Below, one piece after another: positions 44,901 through 62,655 of a DNA stretch of 64,000 nucleotides. The stretch lies in the NCBI GenBank assembly GCA_964016885.1, contig OZ024744.1:46314001-46378000 (forward strand), given 5' to 3'. A model generated the notes under the pieces. The model was not told the origin of the DNA and did not search any database. It saw only the letters and a list, made by a program, of their open reading frames with translations. The first letter of the stretch is position 1. Each line of letters begins with the position of its first letter. The position numbers were made by a program, and so were the translations under genes. This stretch comes from Eledone cirrhosa. Its lineage: Eukaryota.

Positions 44901-45800
44901 TTGTGTGTCTGTGTGTTCGTCTTGGTTATTTTCTTTGTCCTTAGTCTCCCTTCCCCTTTTAATCCTATTACTTTCCCTTATTTCTGTGATTTCTGTGCTA
45001 CTGTCATTACTTGTTTTCTGTGTCAGTGTGTTTGTTAAGATTGTGGTGGTGGTGAGAGGCATTGAATGTGTGTGTGTTGTTGTTGTTGATGTGTGCTGTT
45101 GTTGATGTGTGTTGTTATCTCCGTGTGTGTTATTATTGTTGTGTGTGTTGTTATTGTTGTTTGTGTCTGCGTGTCTGTTGTTGTTGTTTCTGGGTATATT
45201 ATTATTGTTGTTGTTGTTAGTGTTGGTGTGTGTGTTGTTATTATTGTTGTTTGTGTCTGTGTGTCTGTTGTTGTTGGGATGTGTGTTGTATATGTGTGTA
45301 CGTATATTGTTACTTTTACAGCAATATCACAACTTACAATTAAGGACAAAATGAAAACACACACACGCATAGAACAAACAACCAACCAGCAACATGTAAA
45401 TAAACAAATAAATAAATGAACATAAACACACACAGACACCCGGATGTGGCGCATGCGCAGACTGAGCACACAACACACACACAGAAAAAAAATGGCGTAG
45501 GACAGAACAAAAGAGAGGCACAAAAACAAAGAAAAGAATCCCCAGTCACTGAAGAGGTCACAGAGTGTGTGACAAAAGAACAATGACAAAATATAAACAA
45601 CTATCTGGTTGTGGAACCAACCAACCAACCAGAAATTTATAGATTTATAAATTTATTATAAATTTATTATAATAATTTGAAGTGAAAGCATCGGTGCGTG
45701 TGTTTCTTATTGGCAACATGACCCTCCCAAAGTATAACAATATCGGTTTCAACAGACGATTTCAGATAAATAATCTTGCTAAACAATTTCAGAAACGAAA
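41965..45800 (-). mobile_element. PLE family B, 5'-truncated, with inverted tailed pLTR (45317-45800)
   Basis: RT (YSRYVDD) at 43021-44481 and GIY-YIG at 42365-43036; the long arm lacks the tail. Confidence 0.92.
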
Positions 45801-45813
45801 TATATAAATATAT

Positions 45814-45844
<31 letters not shown>

Positions 45845-45927
45845 AATATATATATATAAATATATATAAATATATATAAATATATATAAATATATATAAA
45901 TATATATAAATATATATATATATATAA

Positions 45928-45976
<49 letters not shown>

Positions 45977-46043
45977 AATATATATAAATATATGTAAATA
46001 TATATATATAAATATATATGAATATATATATATATATAAATAT

Positions 46044-46674
46044 AAATGGAATAGAATGAAACGGAATTTCATTTCTCACTCTTAGTACGGCACTTACTTA
46101 AATGTAAGTATGTATGTATACGTACATACATATAAGTATACAGACGTACAGTAGCATGTATATATATACATACAGGCACACATATATATAGGCACGTATC
46201 AGTTTACCGAACATTTATTATAATGCTCGGTTTGTTCGTTTGTAAACAAACAAACAGCCTGAATTACGCCGTACAGTGTTTAGGCAACCACGTCACCTTT
46301 TTGTTCAACACTGACACAGGAACAATGTACTAGTTTCAAGCTTATTAGCTATCGTCAGCACCGTATACCTTTCTGCCAGATGGTTGAACGTCCGAAAGTA
46401 TATACTTTCCTTATGAAAATTAACGGCCGAGCAGCCTAATTTGCATATCGAGTGAGTTCAGTCGGCCAGGCGCACCGAAAACGATAAATGGAATAGAATG
46501 AAACGAAATTTCAATTCTCACTCTTAGTACGGCACTTACTTAAATGTAAGTATGTATGTATACGTACATACATATATGTATACAGACGTACAGTAGCATG
46601 TATATATATATACAGGCACACATATACATATGCACGTATCAGTTTACCGAACATTTATTATAATGCTCGGTTTG

Positions 46675-46675
<1 letters not shown>
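46044..46675 (-). mobile_element. Retrozyme-like non-autonomous element (~440-bp unit, ~190-bp terminal redundancy)
   Basis: 46044-46235 matches 46486-46675; central hammerhead; no ORF; (TA)n flanks. Confidence 0.65.
46324..46363 (-). ncRNA. Hammerhead ribozyme
   Basis: ggtg-CTGACGA-t-agct/agct-t-GAAA-CTAG-TA-catt. Confidence 0.7.
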
Positions 46676-46712
<37 letters not shown>

Positions 46713-46754
46713 AGGCTTGAGTAGATATAATTTACTAATTTCAGGATGTGCATA

Positions 46755-47945
<1,191 letters not shown>

Positions 47946-48033
47946 TATATAATTATATATATATTAAATATATATAATAATTAAATATATATAATTATAT
48001 ATGTATTAAATATATATAATAATTAAATATATA

Positions 48034-48199
<166 letters not shown>

Positions 48200-48200
48200 A

Positions 48201-48301
<101 letters not shown>

Positions 48302-48351
48302 TTTATATAAATATATATATATATATATATACATTTATATATATATATAAA

Positions 48352-48893
48352 TATATGAAATATAAGAATCAAAGAACTGTTCAAAACATTTTTGTGCTTA
48401 CAACTGTTTCATCCAAACCGAGGTTTGGTTTCTTCGGAGCAATTTATTGATGAATGGACAGTTATATGACCTCCTTTTCACCCAAGAGACATACATATAC
48501 ATATGCAAATATTGTGGGTCAACATTCATTACAGCATTTAAAGTGGCAGTACACACTTAGAGATTACATTCATATTAAAAGGTACAATCAAAAATCAAAA
48601 ATACAGGTTAAAATACAACATGAAAATAAGCGGTTATATAGTGCAAATGTTATATGTGTGGCAAGCACGTGCGTCTTGTTTATATAGTGTGGCAGAGAGT
48701 TACGTGTAGTAGAAGCACTTAGGTAGGTAAACAAGAGCGTTAGGTTGGTTGATCTGGTGGCAAATTCTCTATATGATTGTTATAGTCTGTGTGTGGAAAA
48801 ATGATATAAGCATTAAAAATAGTGCAAGCATTAAAAATATTAAAAGTATTGGAAATGTACAGCTGTGCATTTCCAATACTTTTAATATTTTTA
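48352..48893 (-). mobile_element. Family C 3' fragment (tail-less) ending in a short fold-back
   Basis: Matches about 49380-49883; palindrome centred near 48862. Confidence 0.85.
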
Positions 48894-48939
48894 AGAAAAA
48901 TATATATAAGAAAAACCAAAGACCCTTCATCTCAACTCA

Positions 48940-48977
48940 CCTTTTGAAAAGCAGAAGAACTGCGAAACCGGTAAAGG
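48940..48977 (+). ncRNA. Hammerhead with U3-A8 variant core (family M fragment)
   Basis: cctt-TTGAAAA-gcag/ctgc-GAAA-CCGG-TA-aagg; all three stems pair. Confidence 0.75.
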
Positions 48978-49124
48978 AACCAAATATATATATATTTTTA
49001 AAAAAAATAAGACTTCAGTTGCATTTTTGATTTCATCTGTTTTTCTTTAAACTTTCACTCGTCTAGGACACCTCGGTTATTTTTCATTTTGTAAAAAAAA
49101 CCTCACTTTCTAATATTAATATCG

Positions 49125-49178
<54 letters not shown>

Positions 49179-49182
49179 ATAT

Positions 49183-49217
<35 letters not shown>

Positions 49218-49423
49218 GTATTAATTATACTATTTATGGTTATGTAAATACAAAAACCTTTTGCAGTTATATATATTTTTATACAAACCCTAAATAGTGG
49301 TAGTCAGTAATATATTACTACCTTATTACCAGTAAGTTAAGTAGCGCAATGTAAAAACATCCGATGATTTACAGAGCAGTTATATGAATTATAAGAATCA
49401 AAGAACTGTTCAAAGCATTTTTA

Positions 49424-49470
49424 TGCTTACAACTGTTTCCTCCAAACCGAGGTTTGGTTTCTTCGGAGCA
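49424..49470 (-). ncRNA. Hammerhead with CCGAAGA (U4C) core, family C
   Basis: tgct-CCGAAGA-aa-ccaaacc/ggtttgg-ag-GAAAC-agtt-GTA-agca. Copies near 26340, 28725, 48400 and 53605. Confidence 0.6.
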
Positions 49471-50919
49471 ATTTATTATTGAATGAACACTTATATGACC
49501 TCCTTTTCACCCAAGAGACATACAGATACATATGCAAATATTGTGGGTCAACATTCATTACAGCATTTAGAGTGGTAGTACACACTTAGAGATTACATTC
49601 ATATTACAAGATACAATCAAAAATACAGGTTAAAATACAACATGAAAATAAGCGGTTATATAGTGCAAAGGTTATATGTGTGGCAAGGACGTGCGTCTTG
49701 TTTATATAGTGTGGCAGAGAGTTACGTGTAGTAGAAGCACTTAAGCAGGTAAACAAGAGTGTTAGGTTGGTTGATCTGGTGACAAATTCTTTATATGATT
49801 GTTATAGTCTGTGTGTGGAGAAATAATATAAGCATTAAAAATAGTGTAAGCATTAAAAATATTAAAAATATTGGAAATGCGCAGCGAAGCGATGATATGG
49901 ACTTCATGCACTTCGACAGTTTCATAGTCTGGGGAGTGTATTTTTCAGATTATATGCCCCTCACATAATCCACGACGATTCGATATTGTGCGTTTGACAA
50001 TCCAGTTAGAGAATCGTAGTCTGATGTTCTTTAGTTCAATACAGGAGGATGTTACGTTTCAAGAATCGACATCGAAATACTACCCGGAAGCGTGTGTGTG
50101 GCTAAGGGGAGTTAATGCATGAGGGGAGGTAACTCCGAGGTTTCTATTACTAACTATTAAAATGTGTCTCAAAATAGACCCTAACTTATATGGTTATGCG
50201 CAATTTCTAAAACATTTCTAAAATTTAAAGTGTTTTAACTAAAGAGTAGTCTATTAAGTTGTGCTGAAGGTGTTCGTATTATTATGGTGATTAACCCCCA
50301 TCGTAGAGTGCCACAAATGAATATTATAGACGACGAGCGAGGATTCTAAATAAATGATCTCTGTGGATGCAGTCCACTCAAAGGACCAGGCGCGGTGATT
50401 GCAGAATCACTTCAACACACAACGATCTCTGGTAAGTTCTGGGTTATCGCTTGCTACATTGGATGTCGAAAGATAATCATCACCAGGGCCGACCAGAGGT
50501 CAATCCACAGTCCTCATGACTCTAATCTGACCATCAAATCATCCATATATGTACAACCCATACGCCATTTGCAATACATTCATTCCCTGCACTCAGCGTA
50601 CCGGTCATACTGCTCATCAGCGTTACCAGATTAATTCGTTTATCATTTGTCCAACGATGGCACTTCCTGCGCACAGCACTAACAAGACAATCAATTCATG
50701 CTTAAATTACCTATAGAGCGGTGTAGTGCAGTTCAAGCGGGTGGATGTTGTCACACCTCACACCTAAAGTAGAGGTACAAATGGGTATTCCCCCTGTGAA
50801 GGGTTCTAGAGGGATGACGCTGTTTGTGTTATATTAGATCAGTGAGTGTTGGTATGTGGTATAGGGTGTGCCCCTGGTGTTTGATGCTAGAGGTGGTGTT
50901 TGGTTCAAGTCCGACATTG

Positions 50920-53347
50920 CTATATATTGGGCTTAAAGTTTTGGAAGGAATGTCTGAAGCGGTGCTGGCAAGTTGCAAACACTTCAGATTTTTTGTTAAG
51001 TAGGTTACGGTTAGAGAAGATAATATTGTGGGTCTGTAGTATACAGAGGTTACAAAATTTATTAGGTGGTTTGTACGAAGTCGCGCTACCTATCACTTCC
51101 CATTTGAGTGTGTAAGGTTTATTTTTAGTTTTTAGATAGTGTATGTAGCTAGATAGTGAGGTGGAGTTGGCTAGACTGTGCTTTTTGAACGAGTGGATGT
51201 GCGAATTATATCTGATTTTGAAGCAGGTAGAAGTGGAGCCTACATAGGTTTCTGAAGAGTTGCTATTTGTGACGGTGCATGAGTATATGATATCCTTGGT
51301 TAGGCATTTTTCATCTAAAAGGCAGGTTCTATTAGCTCTACAGTTACAATTATCCTGTGTGTTAGTCTGCTGGTTATAATGCAGTGCAGAAGTCTGGGTG
51401 GTAGCTATAGGATTTTGGACATTCGGGTTGTCGACTCCGGTGTTATTTCTTATACTAGTGTTATTTCTATTGTTACTGCCGTTACTATGGTTGCTTGCTG
51501 CAGAGGTATTTAGAAGGTTTACCTCCTGTTGTGATTTCGTTTGTTGGAAGTAAGAATTAATTTTACTTTTATTGCTGCTAGCTATGTGGTATGCTAAGTT
51601 AGGCGTCGTAGATTATGAGATTTTAATAGTGTTTTTGTTTAAAAGGTTGTGTTACTTGTGTCCTAGAGGGAAGTTTTATCTAGTAGTGAGAAGAAAGCCC
51701 TAGGTATGTTGGTGGAGACATTTAGGTTGATAGGAGGGTTGAAAAATGTATTATTTCTTCTTCTATTTTTGTTTTTAGTGTCTGGCGTGTTGTTTCTTCC
51801 TAAGGTACTACGGTAGTTTCCGTGGTAATGGTTACTTCCGGTGGCACCCTCCGCTTTGGTGTACTTGTGGTTGCTATTCCTATTATTAGGTTTCCTCATG
51901 GACATGTTGTGCGAGATGATGTTGTAGCTATGCGTTTTCTTAGGTAGGAACTCAATTTCTATATTATGGCCGGATCTAGCTAATGCTTGATTATAATATT
52001 GTGAGTTTTTGCTAAATATGTTTGCGTCATATGATAGATTAGAGATTCTATTGGATACCCCCTTAGAGATAGAGTTTAATATTGATCTAGGGTGATTAGA
52101 CTTGGTATCTACGTAAATGAGTTTTTCTTTAGGCTTATGGAAAGGTGTATATATTTTTGAGTCTAGGTATAGTGTGGCGTCTAGGAAGTTAACATTTTTA
52201 ATGTTTTTGTCCATGGTGATACTAAGGTTAAAATTTGTGAATGTCTTGTGCAATAGTTTTCTAGTTCTTTCTATATTTTTTTTTTATATTCTATAAGTAG
52301 AAGTGCATCATCGCGGTACAAACCACCGTTGAGGTAAGGGAGCTCCTTATGGATTTCATTAAGATGGTATAGGCCGACCAAATCAGTGAGCTGCGCCGAG
52401 TCACTAGATCCCATTGTTATGTCGAAGTTGTTGTGCGTATCCTTGCATGTCCATAGTTGGTCCTCGAAGGTGATTATGGTTTTACGGGCCGCAAGGATGA
52501 CATCAATCTGGGCTCTAGTCAGGTCGCTATTGTTCATGGCCATGATTAGTGTCTTATTTAATAGGATAGGGGAAATAGAGGTGTAGTATGAGTTGATATC
52601 AAATTGAATACATTTTTTGTCCTTATTATTCTTGATATCTTTGAACCATTCAATAACTTCACCCGTTGTTTAATTTGTGGGATGATCTTATCTAAAATGT
52701 TCTTGCTGATAATACCAATGTCGAACTTGGAAGGGCAGATAAGTCTTATCGAGGGGTTGCTAATGAAGTCCTCCTTATGATCCTTCAGAGAGAATCTAGG
52801 GGGTTTGGGTGTATGGTTGTGTATGCCTCTGAATTCCTAGTTTAGACACTATATTATATCCCTCTATATTAATATCTTCTAAGTTTTTCAAAGTGGTCTT
52901 CTTGTAGCTTTTATGTAGTTCATTATATATAAACTTTCTATAAGTATTATAATCTAGGCTGTATATGTTATTAGTTTTATCTGCGTGTACAATAATTTTA
53001 TTACTAGTTTTGAATCCATTAATAGAGGTGTTAAGTTTGTTTAAGAAGGTGTTGCTTCTATTATGGTCCTTATTGTATTTAATGTTCTTAACTAGTTTAA
53101 CTAGGTCATTTTCAAAGGAGTTAAGTAGTGTGTTATGAGGGGGGCTTTTAAAGGTTTTAAAGCCGAAGGAGTCAAATTTGTTAGTATTATTAACATTGTT
53201 AGATCTGTTTCTATCATAATGGAATGTCCTCCATCTCACTCTATTGATAAATGAATTTACACTGTTGATCAGCAATTTCTCATATGTATTCCTGGATGGT
53301 ATTGGTATGTTCTTGGTTGACATGGGGAGTTGGTCTTTGATTAGCAT
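50920..53347 (-). pseudogene. PLE family C RT / GIY-YIG ORF, disrupted
   Basis: GLYRDDAL, CNCRANRTCL (CxCx5C), DIIYSC...YVGSTS, YTLKWEV, CNLCIL, LLNKKSE. Several frameshifts. Confidence 0.88.
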
Positions 53348-56200
53348 ATTGGTAATTTATTGTATGTCAGCTCAACAATATGGAGCAGTCAATAGTATTA
53401 ATTATACTATTTATGGTTATGTAAATACAAAAACCTTTTGCAGTTATATATATTTTATACAAACCCTAAATAGTAGTAGGCAGTAATATATTACTACCTT
53501 AGAACCAGTAAGTTAAGTAGCTCAATGTAAAAGCATCAGATGATTTACAGAGCAGTTATATGAATTATAAGAATCAAAGAACTGTTCAAAACATTTTTAT
53601 GCTTACAACTGTTTCCTCCAAATCGAGGTTTGGTTTCTTCGGAGCAATTTATTATTGAATGAACACTTATATGACCTCCTTTTCACCCAAGAGACATACA
53701 GATACATATGCAAATATTGTGGGTCAACATTCATTACAGCATTTAGAGTGGTAGTACACACTTAGAGATTACATTCATATTAAAAGATACAATCAAAAAT
53801 ACAGGTTAAAATACAACATGAAAATAAACGGTTATATAGTGCAAAGGTTATATGTGTGGCAAGCACGTGCGTCTTGTTTATATAGTGTGGCAGAGAGTTA
53901 CGTGTAGTAGAAGCACTTAAGCAGGTAAACAAGAATGTTAGGTTGGTTGATCTGGTGACAAATTCTTTATATGATTGTTATAGTCTGTGTGTGGAGAAAT
54001 AATATAAGCATTAAAAATAGTGTAAGCATTAAAAATATTAAAAATATTGGAAATGCGCAGCGAAGCGATGATATGGATTTCATGTACTTCGACATTTTTA
54101 TAGTCTGGGGAGTGTATTTTTCAGATTATATGCCCCTCACATAATCCACGACGATTCGATATTGAGCGTTTGACAATCCAGTTAGAGAATCGTAGTCTGA
54201 TGTTCTTTAGTTCAATACAGGAAGATGTTACGTTTCGAGAATCGACATCGAAATACTACCCGGAAGTGTGTGTGTGGCCAAGGAGAGTTAATCCATGAGG
54301 GGAGGTAACTCCGAGGTCTCTATTACTAACTATTAAAATGTGTCTCAAAATAGACCCTAACTTATATGATTATGCGTAATTTCTAAAACATTTCTAAAAT
54401 TTAAAGTGTTTTAACTATAGAGTAGTCTATTAAGTTGTGCTGAAGGTGTTCGTATTATTATGGTGATTAACCCCCTTCGTAGCGTGCCACAAATGAATAT
54501 TATAGACGACGAGCGAGGATTCTAAATTAATGATATCTGTGGATGCAGTCCACTCAAAGGACCAGGCGCGGTGATTGCAGAATCAATTCAACACAACGAT
54601 CTCTGGTAAGTTCTGGGTCATCGCTTGCTACATTGGATGTCGAAAGATAATCATCACCAGGGCCGACCAGAGGTCAATCCACAGTCCTCATGACTCCAAT
54701 CTGACCATCAAATCATTCATATATGTACAACCCATACGCAACTTGCAATACATTCATTCCCTGCACTCAGCGTACCGGTCATACTGCTCTTCAGCGTTAC
54801 TAGATTCATTCGTTTTTCATTTGTCTAACGATGGCACTTCCTCCGCACAACACCAACAAGACAATCAATTCATGCTTAAATTACCTATAGAGCGGTGTAG
54901 TGCAGTTCAAGCGGGTGGATATTGTCACACCTAAAGTAGAGGTACAAATGGGTATTCCCCCTGTGAAGGGTTCTAGAGGGATGTCGCTGTTTGTGTTATA
55001 TTAGATCAATGAGTGTTGGGTATGCGGTATAAGGTGTGCCCCTGGTGTTTGATGCTAGAGGTGGTGTTTGGTTCAAGTCCGACATTGCTATATATTGGGC
55101 TTAAAGTTTTGGAAGGAATGTCTGAAGCGGTGCTGGCAAGTTGCAAACACTTCAGATTTTTTTTTAAGTAGGTTACGGTTAGAGAAGATAATATTGTGGG
55201 TCTCTAGTATACAGAGGTTACAACATTTATTAGGTGGTTTGTACTAAGTCGCGCTACCTATCACTTCCCATTTGAGTGTGTAAGGTTTATTTTTAGTTTT
55301 TAGATAGTGTATGTAGCTAGATAGTGAGGTGGAGTTGGCTAGACTGTGCTTTTGAACGAGTGGATGTGCGAATTATATCTGATTTTGAAGCAGTTAGAAG
55401 TGGAGCCTACATACGTTTCTGAAGAGTTGCTAGTTGTGACGGTGCATGAGTATATGATATCCTTGGTTAGGCATTTTTTATCTAAAGGGCAGGTTCTATT
55501 AGCTCTACAGTTACAATTATCCTGTGTGTTAGTCTGCTGGTTATAATGCAGTGCAGAGGTCTGGGTGGTAGCTATTGGATTTTGTACATTCGGGTTGTCG
55601 ACCCCGCTGTTATTTCTTATACTAGTGTTATTTCTATTGTTACTGCCGTTACTATGGTTGCTTGCTGCAGAGGTATTTAGAGGGTTTACCTCCTGTTGTG
55701 AAATCGTTTGTTGGAAGTAAGAATTAATTTTACTTTTATTGCTGCTAGCTATGTGGTATGCTATGTTAGGCGTCGTAGAGTATGAGATTTTAATAGTGTT
55801 TTTGTTTAAAAGGTTGCGGTACTTGTGTCCTAGAGGGAAGCTTTTATCTAGTAGTGAGAAGAAAGCCCTAGGTATGTTGGTGGAGACATTTAGGTTGAAA
55901 GGAGTGTTGAAAATGTATTATTTCTTCTTCTATTTTTGTTTTTAGTGTCTGGTGTGTTGTTTCTTCCTAAGGTACTACGGTAGTTTCCGTGGTAATGGTT
56001 ACTTCCGGTGGCACCCTCCGCTTTGGTGTACTTGTGGTTGCTATTCCTATTATTAGGTTTCCTCATGGACATGTGCGAGATGATGTTGTAGCTATGCGTT
56101 TTCTTAGGTAGGAACTCAATTTCTATATTATGGCCGGATCTAGCTAATGCTTGATTATAATATTGTGAGTTTTTCATATATATATATATATATAAATATA

Positions 56201-56318
<118 letters not shown>

Positions 56319-56359
56319 AATATATATAAATATATATATATAAATATATATAAATATAT

Positions 56360-59828
<3,469 letters not shown>

Positions 59829-59834
59829 ATATAA

Positions 59835-59869
<35 letters not shown>

Positions 59870-59871
<2 letters not shown>

Positions 59872-62655
59872 GAAAATAAACCAAAGAAGCCTTCAATACA
59901 TCAAAAGTCTTTATTAGCCAACAATGTTTCGTCCTATTAAGGACTCATCAGGGCAACTAAAGCTATAAGAAGCACTATCAGCCAATACAAGCCGAAAACT
60001 CAGAAGAATATGGAGTGTACATAGATTAAATCATAAGAAAATAATCACGTAAAAATTATCAAGTAAAAAATTATCAAGTGAAAATTGCTAAGGAAGTAAG
60101 TAACATTTTGAACCATATTACAAATATAGTCCAATGCAAAAACTAGAGCTAAAACAGAGGTGTTGATATAGAGCGGGAATTATTGTACTATATATAATAT
60201 AATATAATATAATATAATATAATATAATTAATAATGATAATAATAATAATGTTAAAAGGCCCAATATACATATATATATATAAATATGTACACATATATA
60301 CATATATATATCAATACATATTTCCATCAATAGAAGCACAAACTAACCCTTATTAAGAGTTTAAATATAAATAATAATAATAATAATAATAAAAATAAAT
60401 AAAAATACAAATGAAAATAAAATTAAAATATAATACATATAAAATTTACAGTATAAAATGAAGAATAAATGATTAAAAGTAAGCATAAAAAATATAATAA
60501 ACTATATAATTATATAATAGATAATCTCCGGTTAATTTGCACAAACAATATAAGCGTTACAATAACACTAAAATCACAATATTATAATATAATGGCATAT
60601 AACTTAACAAATCATATAGAGTTACAGTCAGGGCGAGAAAAAAATTGTACAGAACTAAAATATTTTTTCATGCAGTTAAGTAAAAAATTTAGGAAACAAA
60701 CCCGGATAAATGACTAGAAAACCCTATTAAATTAATTAATATTGAAAGTACTTAAAATACATAAGTCCATACAAAATTAGCTATGGTTTAAGTAATCAAA
60801 ATCCCCGAATTTAAAGAAATCACTATAAAAATATATCTGGAAAAAATGAAATATTCAACTATCAGTAGAATAACGTTATCTAATAAACAGGCTTTTAATA
60901 GAGTTATGGTAGGCCAATGGGGACAGAAAAAAGAAATGTATGGAGGATATGAAAGAGCATAAAATCATAATCAACATACTGTATTATACAATAGAAAGGA
61001 GCGTAAAAGGGAATTGGATATAATTATAGTATATTTGAAGGGGCGAGTGACAAGTATGTATGTGTGTGTGTGGGGGGGGGGGGGTTTAGTTATCCAAAGA
61101 AGAATCCAAATAAAATAAAATAGAATAATATAAAATAAAATAAAATATATAATCAGATATAAACTCATAAGGTGTTAATAGTGAAAATATAATATTTAAG
61201 AAGATAGAAATGGTATGGTAGCCAAAAGATTATGGAAGCTATAATGAAAAGCTGTCAAAAGCCAATGATAAAAATGATGATAATGATGGTGGTAAACATA
61301 ATAAACCTTAACTAAAAAGATAAGGGAATGTGTAGCAGCTAATGGATACAATTTACACTACTAGAACCTTTAGGTTTATAATAAAAGTAAGAATTTGAAA
61401 TGGCCTGGGGGCAAGAAGAGAATATCTCAGACTTCCTATTAAGTAAGGTTTCCCTAGAGAAAATTATAGAGTGGGTCTCAAGGATACAGAGATTGCAAAA
61501 TTTAGTATGTGTTGAAAGGTTATTCGAGCGTGCTACTATACGCCAACTAAGGCTATATGGTATATTAGCCCCCTTAAGATCCCAGATATGGTGTGCTAAA
61601 GAAGTAGAATTCTTAAACTTAACATGTTTAAAATTAGAGATATGAGAATTAAACCTAGTCTTAAAAGTGTTAGATGTAGAGCCTATATACGTGCTATTAA
61701 GAGAATTAGTTTTAACCACACAAGCATAAACGATGTTCTTGGAGAGGCAGTTACCGTTTAAAGGGCAGTTAGCACTCACTCTACAGTTACACTTCCGGGT
61801 GTTATTGATCGGCTGAAGTAGTGATATATCGCACGTAGGATTACTATGAGATAAAGTCTGCTCTGGTGGTAAGGCATTTACGGATCTATTCTGACTAGTA
61901 GTACGTAGAGAGGAGTATCCATCCCTAATTTTCCCATTGTTTGTGCTAGCTAAATGAGAACTAATATTAGGGGTGGTAGAGAATGAAAGTTTAATTACAT
62001 AAGTATTTAGTCTCCTTCTATTTTTATCCTTACCAACTCTACCGTTATTTAATGTCCTATTATTAAGATTTGGGTTACTACAAGGGTTAGTTAAAACCGC
62101 ATTACTTGAATCAGCCGAAACTCGATTAAGTCTCTTTCTGTTTCTACCTCTAGTATATTTGCCGCCATCTGGAGTCATATCAAAAGGATTAGGGCCAATA
62201 ATAGGATCAGTAGAAACAACATTATTAGAATTAGGTATATCAAAAGTATTACCAATGGGTGAGCGTTCAGAGGGCTCGACTTGATTCCTAGGAGTATTAG
62301 ATTCTCTGCTACGAGTCCGGTGACTTAACCCATGGATGGGTTCAGATACACCTATGTGATTTCTACGATTCTTATGCTTTCTACTCCCATTCATGGCCAT
62401 ATTATGGGATATTATGTTATTATTATTATAAGTAAGCGGAGACTTTCTAAGGTTACTATTATTATAATGTATTTTACCAGAGTAACCTGAGTTAGCTAAG
62501 GCATTATTATAGTACTCTGCATGTGCATTAAATATTCCTACGTCCTTAGAGAGTGTGGAAATCCTATTAGATACACCATTAATTATAGAGCGTATCATAG
62601 ATTTGGGGTGGTTAGAATTTGGACTAACATAAGAGAGTATTTCATTAGGCTTATG
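59870..62655 (-). mobile_element. PLE family J (Hydra-clade-like) 3' half with long 3' UTR
   Basis: CNCRVSANCP, NIVY...YIGST..FKTRF, CNLCILE, LLNRKSE; hammerhead followed by AATAAA at the end. Confidence 0.85.
59916..59955 (-). ncRNA. Canonical minimal hammerhead ribozyme, family J
   Basis: gcc-CTGATGA-GTCC-ttaata-GGAC-GAAA-cattg-tt-ggc. Confidence 0.85.

Larger units (their letters stand above)
49217..56176 (-). mobile_element. PLE family C head-to-tail tandem (~4175-bp unit, ~1.7 units)
   Basis: Unit junctions at about 49217 and 53392; the upstream unit is 5'-truncated at (TA)n. Confidence 0.92.
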
